A stretch of 46,970 nucleotides of DNA, from NCBI GenBank assembly GCA_041752855.1, contig JBGSVR010000334.1, positions 1 to 46,970 of the forward strand, written 5' to 3'. The notes beneath the pieces are model-generated. The model was not told the origin of the DNA. It did no database searches and worked only from the letters and a program-made list of their open reading frames with translations. Of this stretch, positions 1 to 9,207 are shown piece after piece. Made by a program: the position numbers and the translations under genes. The stretch's first letter is position 1; every line of letters starts with the position of its first letter. This stretch comes from Thermosynechococcaceae cyanobacterium. GTDB lineage: Bacteria; Cyanobacteriota; Cyanobacteriia; Thermosynechococcales; Thermosynechococcaceae.

Positions 1-462
1 GCTCAGGGTATGAAAGAAGCCTGCGAGTCTGGTATTCTTGCGGGCTACCCCTTGATTGATGTCAAGGCAACCATGGTGGATGGTTCTTACCACGATGTAG
101 ACTCTTCTGAGATGGCCTTTAAGATCGCAGGATCTATGGCAATCAAAGAAGCAGTCATGAATGCATCTCCAGTGCTGCTGGAGCCGATGATGAAGGTTGG
201 GGTCGAGGTGCCCGAAGACTTTCTCGGTGGCGTCATGGGCGATCTGATCTCGCGGCGAGGCCATATTGAAGGCCAAACCGTTGACCAAGGGCTGGCGAAG
301 ATTACTTCAAAGGTACCCTTAGCCACCATGTTTGGATATGCTACAGATATCCGGTCTATGACCCAGGGTCGCGGCATATTCTCGATGGAGTTTAGTCGCT
401 ACGAGGAAATTCCTCGGAGTGTCGCTGAAGCCATCATCGCGAAGAACAAAGGGAACGCATAA
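1..462 (+). CDS. fusA: Elongation factor G, 3' part (truncated by window start)
   Basis: EF-G domain IV/V motifs [16 protein letters not shown] and [16 protein letters not shown]; directly upstream of tuf. Confidence 0.97.
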   Translation, partial: AQGMKEACESGILAGYPLIDVKATMVDGSYHDVDSSEMAFKIAGSMAIKEAVMNASPVLLEPMMKVGVEVPEDFLGGVMGDLISRRGHIEGQTVDQGLAKITSKVPLATMFGYATDIRSMTQGRGIFSMEFSRYEEIPRSVAEAIIAKNKGNA

Positions 463-489
463 TCATCGAAGAGGAATAGTTGAGTCATC

Positions 490-1719
490 ATGGCACGCGC
501 TAAATTTGAACGAAATAAACCCCACGTCAACATTGGAACCATTGGTCACGTTGACCACGGTAAAACGACCCTGACCGCAGCGATCACTATGTCTCTGGCG
601 GCAATTGGTCAGGCTCAGGCCAGAAAGTATGACGAAATTGACGCGGCTCCTGAAGAGAAAGCGCGTGGGATTACGATTAATACGGCTCACGTTGAGTATG
701 AAACGGCAAACCGTCACTATGCTCACGTGGACTGTCCTGGGCACGCTGACTATGTCAAAAACATGATCACTGGCGCGGCTCAAATGGATGGAGGCATCTT
801 AGTGGTGTCTGCGGCAGATGGTCCCATGCCCCAAACCCGTGAACACATTCTGCTGGCAAAGCAGGTTGGCGTTCCTAGTCTTGTTGTGTTCATGAACAAA
901 GAAGACCAAGTCGACGATGCGGAACTGCTTGAGCTTGTCGAACTAGAAATTCGCGATCTGCTCACCAGCTATGATTTCCCTGGTGATGATATTCCTATCG
1001 TTGCAGGTTCTGCGCTGAAGGCCGTTGAGGCACTGACTGCCAACGGCAAGATCAAAGAAGGCGAAGATGAGTGGGTTGATAAAATCTACAAACTCATGCA
1101 AGAAGTGGATGCTTATGTGCCCACGCCTGAGCGCGATATCGACAAACCTTTCCTGATGGCGATTGAAGACGTGTTCTCGATCACAGGTCGGGGTACCGTT
1201 GCAACGGGTCGGATTGAGCGTGGCAAAGTGAAGGTTCAAGATGACGTTGAAATCGTCGGAATCCGCGACACCCGTAAGAGTGTTGTAACCGGGATTGAAA
1301 TGTTCAAAAAGTCTCTGGATGAAGGAATGGCTGGCGATAATGCTGGCATCTTGCTTCGAGGGATTCAGAAGGAAGATATCGAACGCGGCATGGTGATTGC
1401 TAAGCCTGGTTCGATTAAACCTCATACTGAGTTTGAATCTGAGGTCTATGTGCTCAAGAAGGAAGAGGGTGGTCGTCACACTCCTTTCTTTCCTGGCTAC
1501 CGTCCTCAGTTCTATGTGCGAACCACAGACGTAACCGGAACCATCAGCACCTTTACTGCCGATGACGGTAGCGAAGCTGAAATGATTATGCCGGGCGATC
1601 GCATCAAAATGACCGTTCAGCTCATCAACCCCATCGCAATTGAGCAAGGGATGCGCTTTGCAATTCGCGAAGGTGGTCGCACTATTGGTGCAGGTGTTGT
1701 CTCCAAAATTATCAAATAG
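490..1719 (+). CDS. tuf: Elongation factor Tu
   Basis: [24 protein letters not shown] and NKED motifs; 409 aa; C-terminus [13 protein letters not shown]. Confidence 0.99.
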   Translation: MARAKFERNKPHVNIGTIGHVDHGKTTLTAAITMSLAAIGQAQARKYDEIDAAPEEKARGITINTAHVEYETANRHYAHVDCPGHADYVKNMITGAAQMDGGILVVSAADGPMPQTREHILLAKQVGVPSLVVFMNKEDQVDDAELLELVELEIRDLLTSYDFPGDDIPIVAGSALKAVEALTANGKIKEGEDEWVDKIYKLMQEVDAYVPTPERDIDKPFLMAIEDVFSITGRGTVATGRIERGKVKVQDDVEIVGIRDTRKSVVTGIEMFKKSLDEGMAGDNAGILLRGIQKEDIERGMVIAKPGSIKPHTEFESEVYVLKKEEGGRHTPFFPGYRPQFYVRTTDVTGTISTFTADDGSEAEMIMPGDRIKMTVQLINPIAIEQGMRFAIREGGRTIGAGVVSKIIK

Positions 1720-1759
1720 TTGGGACAGGTTAATCTGTACAGCTAAGCGATATTAAAAG

Positions 1760-1793
1760 GTGCTGCGAGGGTATTTAAACATCCTCGCAGCAC
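1760..1793 (+). terminator. Stem-loop between tuf and rpsJ (terminator or mRNA-stabilising hairpin)
   Basis: Perfect 11-bp inverted repeat gtgctgcgagg...cctcgcagcac; no clear U-tract. Confidence 0.55.
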
Positions 1794-1832
1794 TCCAATC
1801 TGAACCTTGAAAATCAAAAGAGAATTGGTGAT

Positions 1833-2156
1833 ATGTCAACGTCAACTTTGCAACAGCAGAAGATCCGAATCCGTCTAAAAGCCTTTGATCATCGTCTGCT
1901 AGATGCATCCTGCGAAAAAATTGTAGAAACCGCCAAGCGCACTGAAGCCACGCCTGTTGGCCCTATTCCTTTACCGACTCGCCGCCGCATTTATTGCGTG
2001 CTGCGATCGCCCCACGTCGATAAGGATTCCCGAGAGCATTTTGAAACCCGTACCCATCGCCGCATCATTGATATTTACCAGCCCTCTCCTAAAACCATTG
2101 ACGCGCTAATGAAGCTGGATCTACCTGCTGGGGTTGATATTGAAGTAAAACTTTAG
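1833..2156 (+). CDS. rpsJ: 30S ribosomal protein S10
   Basis: [22 protein letters not shown] and [14 protein letters not shown] motifs. Confidence 0.99.
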   Translation: MSTSTLQQQKIRIRLKAFDHRLLDASCEKIVETAKRTEATPVGPIPLPTRRRIYCVLRSPHVDKDSREHFETRTHRRIIDIYQPSPKTIDALMKLDLPAGVDIEVKL

Positions 2157-2192
2157 TCTCGTTTAGTGCAACTCAGATTTGTTTACTTGAAG

Positions 2193-2231
2193 AACCGCTC
2201 AGAACCTTAAACCGCTCTGAGCGGTTGTTTT
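2193..2231 (+). terminator. Probable Rho-independent terminator after rpsJ
   Basis: aaccgctcaga...tctgagcggtt inverted repeat followed by gtttt. Confidence 0.65.
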
Positions 2232-2358
2232 GAGAATCCTGATCCCTCAAAAACCTAAAGGCCAAGCATTTTTACTCATTCTCATCCCCGTGTCCTCAAA
2301 AGATGGGCTAGAGTAAAGGAGAATACACTCCTACGGATTCACAAATAGAGCTTCCAGC

Positions 2359-3024
2359 ATGGCTTTTTCATCTTCTATCGCCGTTCGAGAACTGCCCATT
2401 TTTCCGCTGCCAGAGGTAGTCCTATTCCCAGGTCGTCCCCTGCCGCTGCACATCTTTGAATTTCGCTACCGAATCATGATGAATACAATTTTGGATAGCG
2501 ATCGCCGTTTTGGGGTGTTGATGTGGGATCCGATCCAAGGAAAAGCCACCAACATCGGATGCTGTGCCGAGATTGTTAAATTTGAGCGAATGCCCGATGA
2601 CCGTCTCATGGTGGTTTGTCTGGGGCAACAGCGATTTAGAGTATTGGACTACACCCGTGAAAAACCCTATCGGGTTGGGCTGGTAGAGTGGATTGAAGAT
2701 CTGCCGCAGCCGAAAGATTTGCGATCCCTTGCCAAAGACGTGCAACGTTTGCTGCGTGATGTAGTGCAGCTCTCGGCGAAGTTGACAGAGCAAGAAATTT
2801 CTTTGCCAGATGATGTGCCCAATCTGCCCACGGAGCTATCTTACTGGGTTGCCAGTAATTTTCATGGGGTTGCTTTAGAGCAGCAGGCACTGTTAGAAAT
2901 GCAGGATGCCGCAGAACGACTGGAGCGTGAGGTAGAAATTTTAACTTCTACACGCAATCATTTAGCAGCGCGTACCGTTCTCAAAGATACTTTAGGCGAT
3001 TCAGAAGACAATTTGGAGGATTAG
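2359..3024 (+). CDS. LON peptidase substrate-binding (N-terminal) domain protein
   Basis: LPIFPLPEVVLFPGRPLPLHIFEFRYRIMM; the usual cyanobacterial position after rpsJ. Confidence 0.93.
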   Translation: MAFSSSIAVRELPIFPLPEVVLFPGRPLPLHIFEFRYRIMMNTILDSDRRFGVLMWDPIQGKATNIGCCAEIVKFERMPDDRLMVVCLGQQRFRVLDYTREKPYRVGLVEWIEDLPQPKDLRSLAKDVQRLLRDVVQLSAKLTEQEISLPDDVPNLPTELSYWVASNFHGVALEQQALLEMQDAAERLEREVEILTSTRNHLAARTVLKDTLGDSEDNLED

Positions 3025-3914
3025 GGCTTAGGGCTATCGACAGTCGATACAATTTGGACGGTGCTGTAGCTGCCCAGAATTTTCAGCCGTTCGGCATCAT
3101 GACGCAGTAGGCCAACCGCAGACTGCATAGACTCTGTTTCTAACTCGGCTTCGGCATCAATAAAAAAGACGTACTCTCCCAAAGAGCGCTTGGTAGGGCG
3201 TGACTCAATCCGACTAAGGTTAATATTGCGCGCTGCAAAGATCTGGAGCTGTGTGACCAGTGCCCCGGGTGAATTTTGGGGCAGGCTAAACGCCAGCGAA
3301 GTATAAATCGGCGCACCTTCAATTGCAGGAATGTTGAGCGTAGACTGGGGTTGACTAACCACTAAAAAGCGTGTGCAGTTATCTGCGTAGTCTTGAATGG
3401 CTGTGGCAAAAATAGGCAATTTGTAAAGGTGGGCTGCTCGTTCGGAGGCGATCGCCGCCACGGACGAATCCATCTCCACATACTTCAAAGCTTCCGTCGT
3501 GGAGTGAGTAGAAATAAGCTGGGCATCGGGTAGGTTCTGATGCAGCCACTGCTGACATTGCCCCAGCGCCTGAGGGTGAGAATAAACCGTTTGAATTGTG
3601 CTTAACTGCGTGGACTGAGCAACCAAAACATGGGCAATGGGCAGCACAAGAGCCTGACGAATTTGGAGGGTATCTAGCTGCCAAAGGGTATCTAAAGTCG
3701 TCGTTACACTGCCTTCAATCGAATTTTCGACTGGGACGACCGCCCCGTCCGTTCGACCTTGAGCAACTGCGTGTAGGGTTTGATCAATGCTCGGAAAGGG
3801 AACGGGCGTGGGGGCAAGCTGCTGCATTTTTTCTGACCACCACTGAGCATAGGCCAAGGCTGCCTGTTCAGTGTAAGTCCCTGCTGGCCCAAGATGAGCA
3901 ATCGTAAAGGTCAT
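3021..3914 (-). CDS. pheA: Prephenate dehydratase
   Basis: LGPAGTY, VPVENSIEGSV, SHPQALGQC and NCTRF motifs; ACT domain NLSRIESRP. Confidence 0.96.
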   Translation of the reverse strand: MTFTIAHLGPAGTYTEQAALAYAQWWSEKMQQLAPTPVPFPSIDQTLHAVAQGRTDGAVVPVENSIEGSVTTTLDTLWQLDTLQIRQALVLPIAHVLVAQSTQLSTIQTVYSHPQALGQCQQWLHQNLPDAQLISTHSTTEALKYVEMDSSVAAIASERAAHLYKLPIFATAIQDYADNCTRFLVVSQPQSTLNIPAIEGAPIYTSLAFSLPQNSPGALVTQLQIFAARNINLSRIESRPTKRSLGEYVFFIDAEAELETESMQSAVGLLRHDAERLKILGSYSTVQIVSTVDSPKP

Positions 3915-4013
3915 GGGCGTATTTTGGCGTTATCTAGAAAAACTTGTCTTCTGCCCGAACATTTTGCCGGAGAAGGTTAGAATCAAAAGCATAGCTTATT
4001 AGTATGCCCATTT

Positions 4014-4595
4014 ATGCGCGCAACTTTCACAGCCTCCCAATCCGTTTCAATCTTAGTGCCGACTGCCGCTGTGCCCATTCAGCACTACCTGCGGCAGCCT
4101 CAACGGTTGGTGCAGGCTTTGACAGATCCAAGCCAAATTGAGACGCTGAATGAGCATTGCTATCGGCTCAAGCTTAAGCCTCGGCAGTTTTTGATGTTTA
4201 ACCTCCAGCCTACAGTCGATATTCAGCTACAGCCTAAGCCTGATGGCACCGTCTTCTTAACATCCAACACTTGTGAGCTACGCGGTATTGACTTTGTAAA
4301 TCAGCGATTTCGATTAGCGCTAAAAGGGGTGTTGTCTCCTCAATCGAAGGCGGGTCACACCTATTTAGAAGGGCAAGCTGACCTTGAAGTTCAGGTCGAT
4401 ATTCCACCCGTGCTGTGGATGACACCAAAGGCCATTGTAGAAGCGACGGGAAATGGACTACTCAAAAGCATTTTAATGACCGTAAAGCAGCGCCTAGTCC
4501 ACCAATTGGTCTTAGATTATCAACAGTGGGCGTTTACCGAAGTTAATCCTCCCGTCGCTGTTCAGACACTCTCACTCCATTCATCTAGCATTTAG
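4014..4595 (+). CDS. DUF1997 family protein
   Basis: PIQHYLRQPQRLV and GNGLLKSIL..KQRL..QL..DY..W, typical of the cyanobacterial DUF1997 gene next to pheA. Confidence 0.8.
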   Translation: MRATFTASQSVSILVPTAAVPIQHYLRQPQRLVQALTDPSQIETLNEHCYRLKLKPRQFLMFNLQPTVDIQLQPKPDGTVFLTSNTCELRGIDFVNQRFRLALKGVLSPQSKAGHTYLEGQADLEVQVDIPPVLWMTPKAIVEATGNGLLKSILMTVKQRLVHQLVLDYQQWAFTEVNPPVAVQTLSLHSSSI

Positions 4596-4721
4596 GATCA
4601 TGAATTAAATAGGTTTGAAGGTAGGGGCAGGTTTATCCAAAGCTGTGTAGTATCCTACCAGAGCGTTTCGCCACAACCTGCCCTTCCAAAGTTTTGGGTG
4701 TTATTTAACCCACAATCCTTA
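4592..4721. repeat. Small MITE/REP-like element with imperfect terminal inverted repeats
   Basis: Ends ttaggatcatgaattaaata and tatttaacccacaatcctta (15/20 complementary); internal gtaggggcaggtt...aacctgcccttcc; related ends at 44476-44841. Confidence 0.65.
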
Positions 4722-4749
4722 GCAAAAATATAGCCTCCGAAATCATCAC

Positions 4750-4786
4750 AAAATCGCCTGATATTTTACAAATATCAGGCGATTTT
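4750..4786. terminator. Bidirectional terminator between convergent genes
   Basis: Perfect 17-bp inverted repeat aaaatcgcctgatattt / aaatatcaggcgatttt. Confidence 0.75.
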
Positions 4787-4799
4787 CTGACTTTGATGC

Positions 4800-5267
4800 C
4801 TAAGGCGTAGGAGAAGGAGATAAAGACGGAGATGATTCTGGACTAGCAGATGCTGGATTGCCTGCTTTAGAACTGCCTTCTGTACCGCTGGAGCTAGAGG
4901 GCGCTACAGAAGAAGAGGGCGCGCTGGGTATTGTGATATTAATATTTGGCTGTGGTGCCGTTGTCTGTGGAACCGGAACCGGAACCGGCACTAGCTCACG
5001 CGTTTTCTCCTCACGAATAATCGTTTGCTTTTCAGCGGGGGCCGAACTCGGCGCAGCGGTAGGGCTAATGGCAGGAGTGACAACCGGAGCCGACTCGTCA
5101 CGGCGACTCAGGTATAAAAAAGTGCCCGCAAGAACAGCCACCGTAAGCGCTAACAAAATACCGATCGTCATTCCGCTTAAGGCAGCATTATCTTCACGTC
5201 TAGCACTTTCATTTTGAGCCGCAGCTCTTTGTGCATCAAGACGGTCTTTATCTTTACCGTAGGACAT
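4800..5267 (-). CDS. Hypothetical single-pass membrane protein with Pro/Ser-rich disordered tail
   Basis: One hydrophobic helix (GILLALTVAVLAGTFLYL), a PVPVPVP/SSS tail and an upstream GAGGAG ribosome-binding site. Confidence 0.75.
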   Translation of the reverse strand: MSYGKDKDRLDAQRAAAQNESARREDNAALSGMTIGILLALTVAVLAGTFLYLSRRDESAPVVTPAISPTAAPSSAPAEKQTIIREEKTRELVPVPVPVPQTTAPQPNINITIPSAPSSSVAPSSSSGTEGSSKAGNPASASPESSPSLSPSPTP

Positions 5268-5323
5268 TTTTGTAGCTTAAACTCCTCTAAATTGCGAACA
5301 GTAGAACATGCTCTAGAAATTGC

Positions 5324-5611
5324 TTACGGAGCCTTTGAAGGATTTTTGGGTGATTTTAGATCGCCTGGAACTTCAACATACATTTCAGGCTCGACGGCGT
5401 AATTGTTGGCTAGGCCTTCTTTATCCACCGTAAATCCGCCCGTTGTATCAATACTTTCTTCATCCACCTGCTCGTCGGGAAGCTGCTTGTAGTGTTCACC
5501 TTCTCGCGCCTTACGCGCTGCGGTTTCGGCCGGAACGATATGGAGATCGTAGGTATCTACAGCGGCAGATGTTTCAGTGCCATCTGTAGGGGTGTTTGTA
5601 GAATCTTGCAT
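5324..5611 (-). CDS. Small acidic hypothetical protein (probable start MQDSTN at 5611)
   Basis: AGAGG site before ATG 5611; a TTGGFTVDKEGLANNYAVEPEMY segment resembling small cyanobacterial stress proteins; the longer track ORF overlaps the next gene. Confidence 0.7.
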   Translation of the reverse strand: MQDSTNTPTDGTETSAAVDTYDLHIVPAETAARKAREGEHYKQLPDEQVDEESIDTTGGFTVDKEGLANNYAVEPEMYVEVPGDLKSPKNPSKAP

Positions 5612-5672
5612 GGGTTTGTTCCTCTTCAATTTAAAAACTTTAAGTGAACTTGATAAGTCGTTTTTCAAACGA

Positions 5673-7316
5673 CTATTTCTGTACAAGGGCAGCTTGGCCT
5701 GCTTGAGGTGCGCGTAAATCTTGTAAAGAAAGTTTTGGCGTTTCGGTATAGACCGAGTTGAGCAGCAGATCAAGCACATCAGACTGTCGAGCGCTGCTGA
5801 TGGCCTGATGGGTAATCAGCTCACCTACATTCAGAATGACGTTGTCAACCTGATCTAGAATGACCCGCGTTACAGGTCTACCTAAGGCACCTTTGATGCG
5901 CTGATCTTCGATGGCTTCAGCACTGCGACCCTGTAGTTCGTTGGCGGTTTCTTTGACCTGAACCCATAGGCTCTTAGCATTCGACTGGAGCTGCTCACCC
6001 GTGGATTGGGTGGTTGCTTTGAGCCGTGACCCTGTCACATTAGCTAACTGCTGGGTGCGATCGCGGACGGCATCACTCTTAGACAGACCAACGGCATTGA
6101 GAATAGCCTGCTCTTTGTGATAGGTCTTGGCACGTTCGATCACCATTTCGGTGACAATTTGACCTGGTGCCGCAATGATGAGTCCACTGTCAGTGCGAAC
6201 CACTTGCTGCACCCGTCTGCCCAGAGCCTGATCAATGCCTAGGATGGCAACAGTACTATTGATGCGATCGCCCATTTTTTCAGTAATGCTTCCGCCCGCC
6301 GCTCGGTACACCGCATCTAAGACACCGAGAGATTCTGCACTCTCAAGAATATTAGGTGTAATCAGTTCGCCCTTGAGCAATAAAAAAGAACCATTAGAAG
6401 CTTCAACCGATTCTTGAGCAATTTTGCCTAAGGCAAAGGCTTTTTGCTCGGAAGGAGCAACAATGACATTGGTGACTGAGGCAGTGGCGCTGCGTGCAAG
6501 TTCATCAACCTTTCGGCTGGTTGCATCCGCAGCGATTTGAGTTTTTTCAGTTGCAGCAGCCTTAAATTCTTCTAGCTTCTCGCCAGCAACTTCAGAAGCA
6601 GCCTGGGCTTTTTCACTGGCAACGATCTTAAATTCCTGAAGTTTTTCTCCCGTTACCTCAGCAGCTAGCTGCGCCTTTTCAGTAGCCGTGACCTTAATTT
6701 CCTGAAGTTTATCGCCCGTAGCCTGCCCTAACTCTTGGAGCTTATCCCCTGTAGATAGAGCAGTATCTTGAACCTTTGCACTGGCGCTTTGCACTGCACC
6801 CCTAATACCGCCAACCTGCTCTTCCATGTAGTCAGCAGTTTGGGACGGCACAAAGGCAACATCTTCCCCAATTTTGAGGGTTTGAATGGCAGGGACAAAA
6901 GAACGGCCGGAGTAAGCATCTGCAAATAGCCCACCCGAAACTTCGTAGCCTTCAACTGATCCCGTTCGTTCATCAAAGTACAGGTCAACCATCGTTCCAA
7001 GATCACGACCGTCTGTGGTCATGATTCGGGTACCTTTGAGAATATTATTATGCTTCAAGATTTGTTCAATGACCGTAATCTCATTAGCGTTAATGACGCA
7101 CTCTTTGGAGGGGACAATAACGGCATTAGGCCCGATCGCTTTAACGTCTTTTAGCAGAATCACTTTAGCGCTGCTAAACCAGCCTGGCTCTTCAAGCAAA
7201 AGTCCTATAAGCTGATTGCTGTTTTGGTCAAATACAAGATCTTTAACTTTATCAAATCGTTCGCCAGTGTCGTAAGCAACTACGGGTTTATCTAAAATAT
7301 CTCGTCCTTTTAGCAT
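5673..7316 (-). CDS. PRC-barrel domain protein with central LEA/apolipoprotein-like helical repeats
   Basis: Two N-terminal PRC barrels (KPVVAYDTGERFDKVKDLVFD; GTRIMTTDGRDLGTMVDLYFD) and 22-aa G(D/E)KLQE repeats. Confidence 0.85.
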   Translation of the reverse strand: MLKGRDILDKPVVAYDTGERFDKVKDLVFDQNSNQLIGLLLEEPGWFSSAKVILLKDVKAIGPNAVIVPSKECVINANEITVIEQILKHNNILKGTRIMTTDGRDLGTMVDLYFDERTGSVEGYEVSGGLFADAYSGRSFVPAIQTLKIGEDVAFVPSQTADYMEEQVGGIRGAVQSASAKVQDTALSTGDKLQELGQATGDKLQEIKVTATEKAQLAAEVTGEKLQEFKIVASEKAQAASEVAGEKLEEFKAAATEKTQIAADATSRKVDELARSATASVTNVIVAPSEQKAFALGKIAQESVEASNGSFLLLKGELITPNILESAESLGVLDAVYRAAGGSITEKMGDRINSTVAILGIDQALGRRVQQVVRTDSGLIIAAPGQIVTEMVIERAKTYHKEQAILNAVGLSKSDAVRDRTQQLANVTGSRLKATTQSTGEQLQSNAKSLWVQVKETANELQGRSAEAIEDQRIKGALGRPVTRVILDQVDNVILNVGELITHQAISSARQSDVLDLLLNSVYTETPKLSLQDLRAPQAGQAALVQK

Positions 7317-7360
7317 GGCTTTTCACTCTCTAAATGCACTATAAGAAATTAAACTTAGAC

Positions 7361-7567
7361 CTAATATCGAAGCGTTTTAACAGAAAGAGAAGTCGCTGCC
7401 AAAGGCTGTAAAGACTGGCTCATCATCTTTTGATCCCTGCCCCAGCCTGGGACGAAATTGGTGTAGCCGAAGTACTCAACGCCTCCAGCCGCAGCAACAA
7501 TTGCAGCCACTAAAACAACTCCTGTTAGTAATCCGCCGTTTGACTGTTTTCCAACAAGCCTTGGCAT
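7361..7567 (-). CDS. Small membrane protein
   Basis: AGGAG ribosome-binding site, one TM helix, then EYFGYTNFVPGWG; co-oriented within the cluster. Confidence 0.65.
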   Translation of the reverse strand: MPRLVGKQSNGGLLTGVVLVAAIVAAAGGVEYFGYTNFVPGWGRDQKMMSQSLQPLAATSLSVKTLRY

Positions 7568-7703
7568 AACCGTCTCCTAAAACTAAAAAATGCAGTGAGT
7601 AGAGTGAAAAATGCTGTTTCTTGATGTACTCAAGCTAAGGAAGTTTAGCCTCAACGCTTCAAACCTCTTTAGCTTGAGTAAAGAGAGAACTTCTAATCAT
7701 CAA

Positions 7704-7886
7704 CTAGTTGATGATTTCCTTAGCCTTATCCTTAATATTCTCAACACTGTTTCGCACTTCGGCTTCGGCTTGCTTAGCCTTCCCTGCTGCCTTGTCTTCA
7801 GGATTCCCCGTTACTTCTCCAACCGCTTCTTGAAGTTTGCCTTCAATATTTTTGGCAGCAGCTTTAATCTTGTCTTCAATGCTCAT
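7704..7886 (-). CDS. csbD: CsbD family general stress protein
   Basis: MSIEDKIKAAAKNIEGKLQEAVGEVTGNPEDKAAGKAKQ; AGGAG before ATG 7886. Confidence 0.9.
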   Translation of the reverse strand: MSIEDKIKAAAKNIEGKLQEAVGEVTGNPEDKAAGKAKQAEAEVRNSVENIKDKAKEIIN

Positions 7887-8146
7887 AATGTCTCCTAGAT
7901 GAATGCAATACATTCAAAGTGTTTTTTGAATATACTCAATCTATCTTTTTTATTCTCAACAGATATCTCCTAAATGGTTCATTTGTATTTACCTAAAGAG
8001 ACGTACTAAAAACAACTGTGGGCAAATTTCCTCTCTCTTTAGATAGATAAAGTTTAACTTTATGCCTTTGGTTTAGGGTTTTGCGATCACAAAGAAGGGG
8101 CTGAGTATTCCTCAGCTCCTTTAAGGTATGACTAAACGTAGTAAAT

Positions 8147-8392
8147 CTACGCATTAGGGTCGCCAAGCCCAGGCGTTTCAGATTTTTCTACTTTGGGGAT
8201 AAATTCAGGACGTTCCTTGTCTTCCCAACCTGCGGGACGCTTGGAGTTGTACCACGCCAGTGAACCAAGACCTACGGCAGCGGCAAAACCAACCACTATT
8301 ACAATGGGTAGTAGAACAGACCCAAACTGAGTACTCGTCTGTGACGCAGCTTCTAGCGTTTTGCCGCCTTCAACTATCAGTAGATTTAGCAT
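8147..8392 (-). CDS. Small membrane protein, Psb35 (PSII assembly factor)-like
   Basis: TM helix followed by GSLAWYNSKRPAGWEDKERP, resembling the Psb35 family from memory. Confidence 0.65.
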   Translation of the reverse strand: MLNLLIVEGGKTLEAASQTSTQFGSVLLPIVIVVGFAAAVGLGSLAWYNSKRPAGWEDKERPEFIPKVEKSETPGLGDPNA

Positions 8393-8440
8393 TAGATATT
8401 CTCCTTAAAGATAATGGTGCTGCTGAGGACAGTTGCTGCC

Positions 8441-8980
8441 CTATACCCCAACGGCAGCTTTTTTACTGAGGCTAGGTGCATGACCGTCAGACTGAACCGC
8501 TTCCCCCTCAATGAAAGAGCGAAGCATCCACGCCATTGCCTCATGCTGCTCCATCAGTCCAGTTAGAAAATCTGCGGTTCCATCATCTTCAAAGGTTTCG
8601 CCACACTGTGAGACATGTTTGCGTAGGTTACGAATGATGGTTTCGTGATCTTTGACCAATCGAGACACCATTTCTGTTGCGTTGGGAATATCGCCAGAAT
8701 GCTCTTTAATAGAAGCCAGATTCAAAAATCCTTCCATTGTGCCGACGGGATAGCCACCTAACATTCGTACCCGTTCGGCGCAGGCATCAATGGTTAGCGT
8801 CAGCGTCTCGTACTGTTCTTCCCAAAGCTGATGCAGTGTCCGAAACTGAGGCCCAACTACGTCCCAATGGTATTTTTTGGTTTTAACTAAAACCAGGTAT
8901 AAGTCTGATAAATCTTGATTCAGCAGGGTAATCACACCTTCTCGCTGCTGATCGTTTAAGCCAATATTAATATTATGCAC
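8441..8980 (-). CDS. dps: Dps family DNA-protection / ferritin-like protein
   Basis: KKYHWDVVGPQFRTLHQLWEEQY, D..AER and HEAMAWMLRS; GTG start. Confidence 0.93.
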   Translation of the reverse strand: MHNINIGLNDQQREGVITLLNQDLSDLYLVLVKTKKYHWDVVGPQFRTLHQLWEEQYETLTLTIDACAERVRMLGGYPVGTMEGFLNLASIKEHSGDIPNATEMVSRLVKDHETIIRNLRKHVSQCGETFEDDGTADFLTGLMEQHEAMAWMLRSFIEGEAVQSDGHAPSLSKKAAVGV

Positions 8981-9207
8981 TTGTACTACCCTCTAAATTT
9001 GGAGAACAACTGAGAACTCCCTAACAGTTCACCAAATTTAGGCGCTAAGACACATCACTCTAAAGATTAAAAAGAGCTAACATTCATCTCTACCAGATGA
9101 TATACACACAAATCTTATTGAGCAATTGAATCTCAAAAAGTTTTCCGCCTTTCAAGCTCACCCTTATTCAAAAAGATTTGATAAGAATGTTAATAACGCT
9201 CCAAACA

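Noticed and set aside
943-1647. 234-aa antisense ORF, and similar shadow ORFs over fusA, the PKS, ccmM and ndh genes
   Set aside because: They lie opposite or within well-supported conserved genes and show no recognisable motifs
5612-5779. N-terminal extension of the 151-aa track ORF
   Set aside because: It overlaps the PRC-barrel gene; ATG 5611 has a ribosome-binding site
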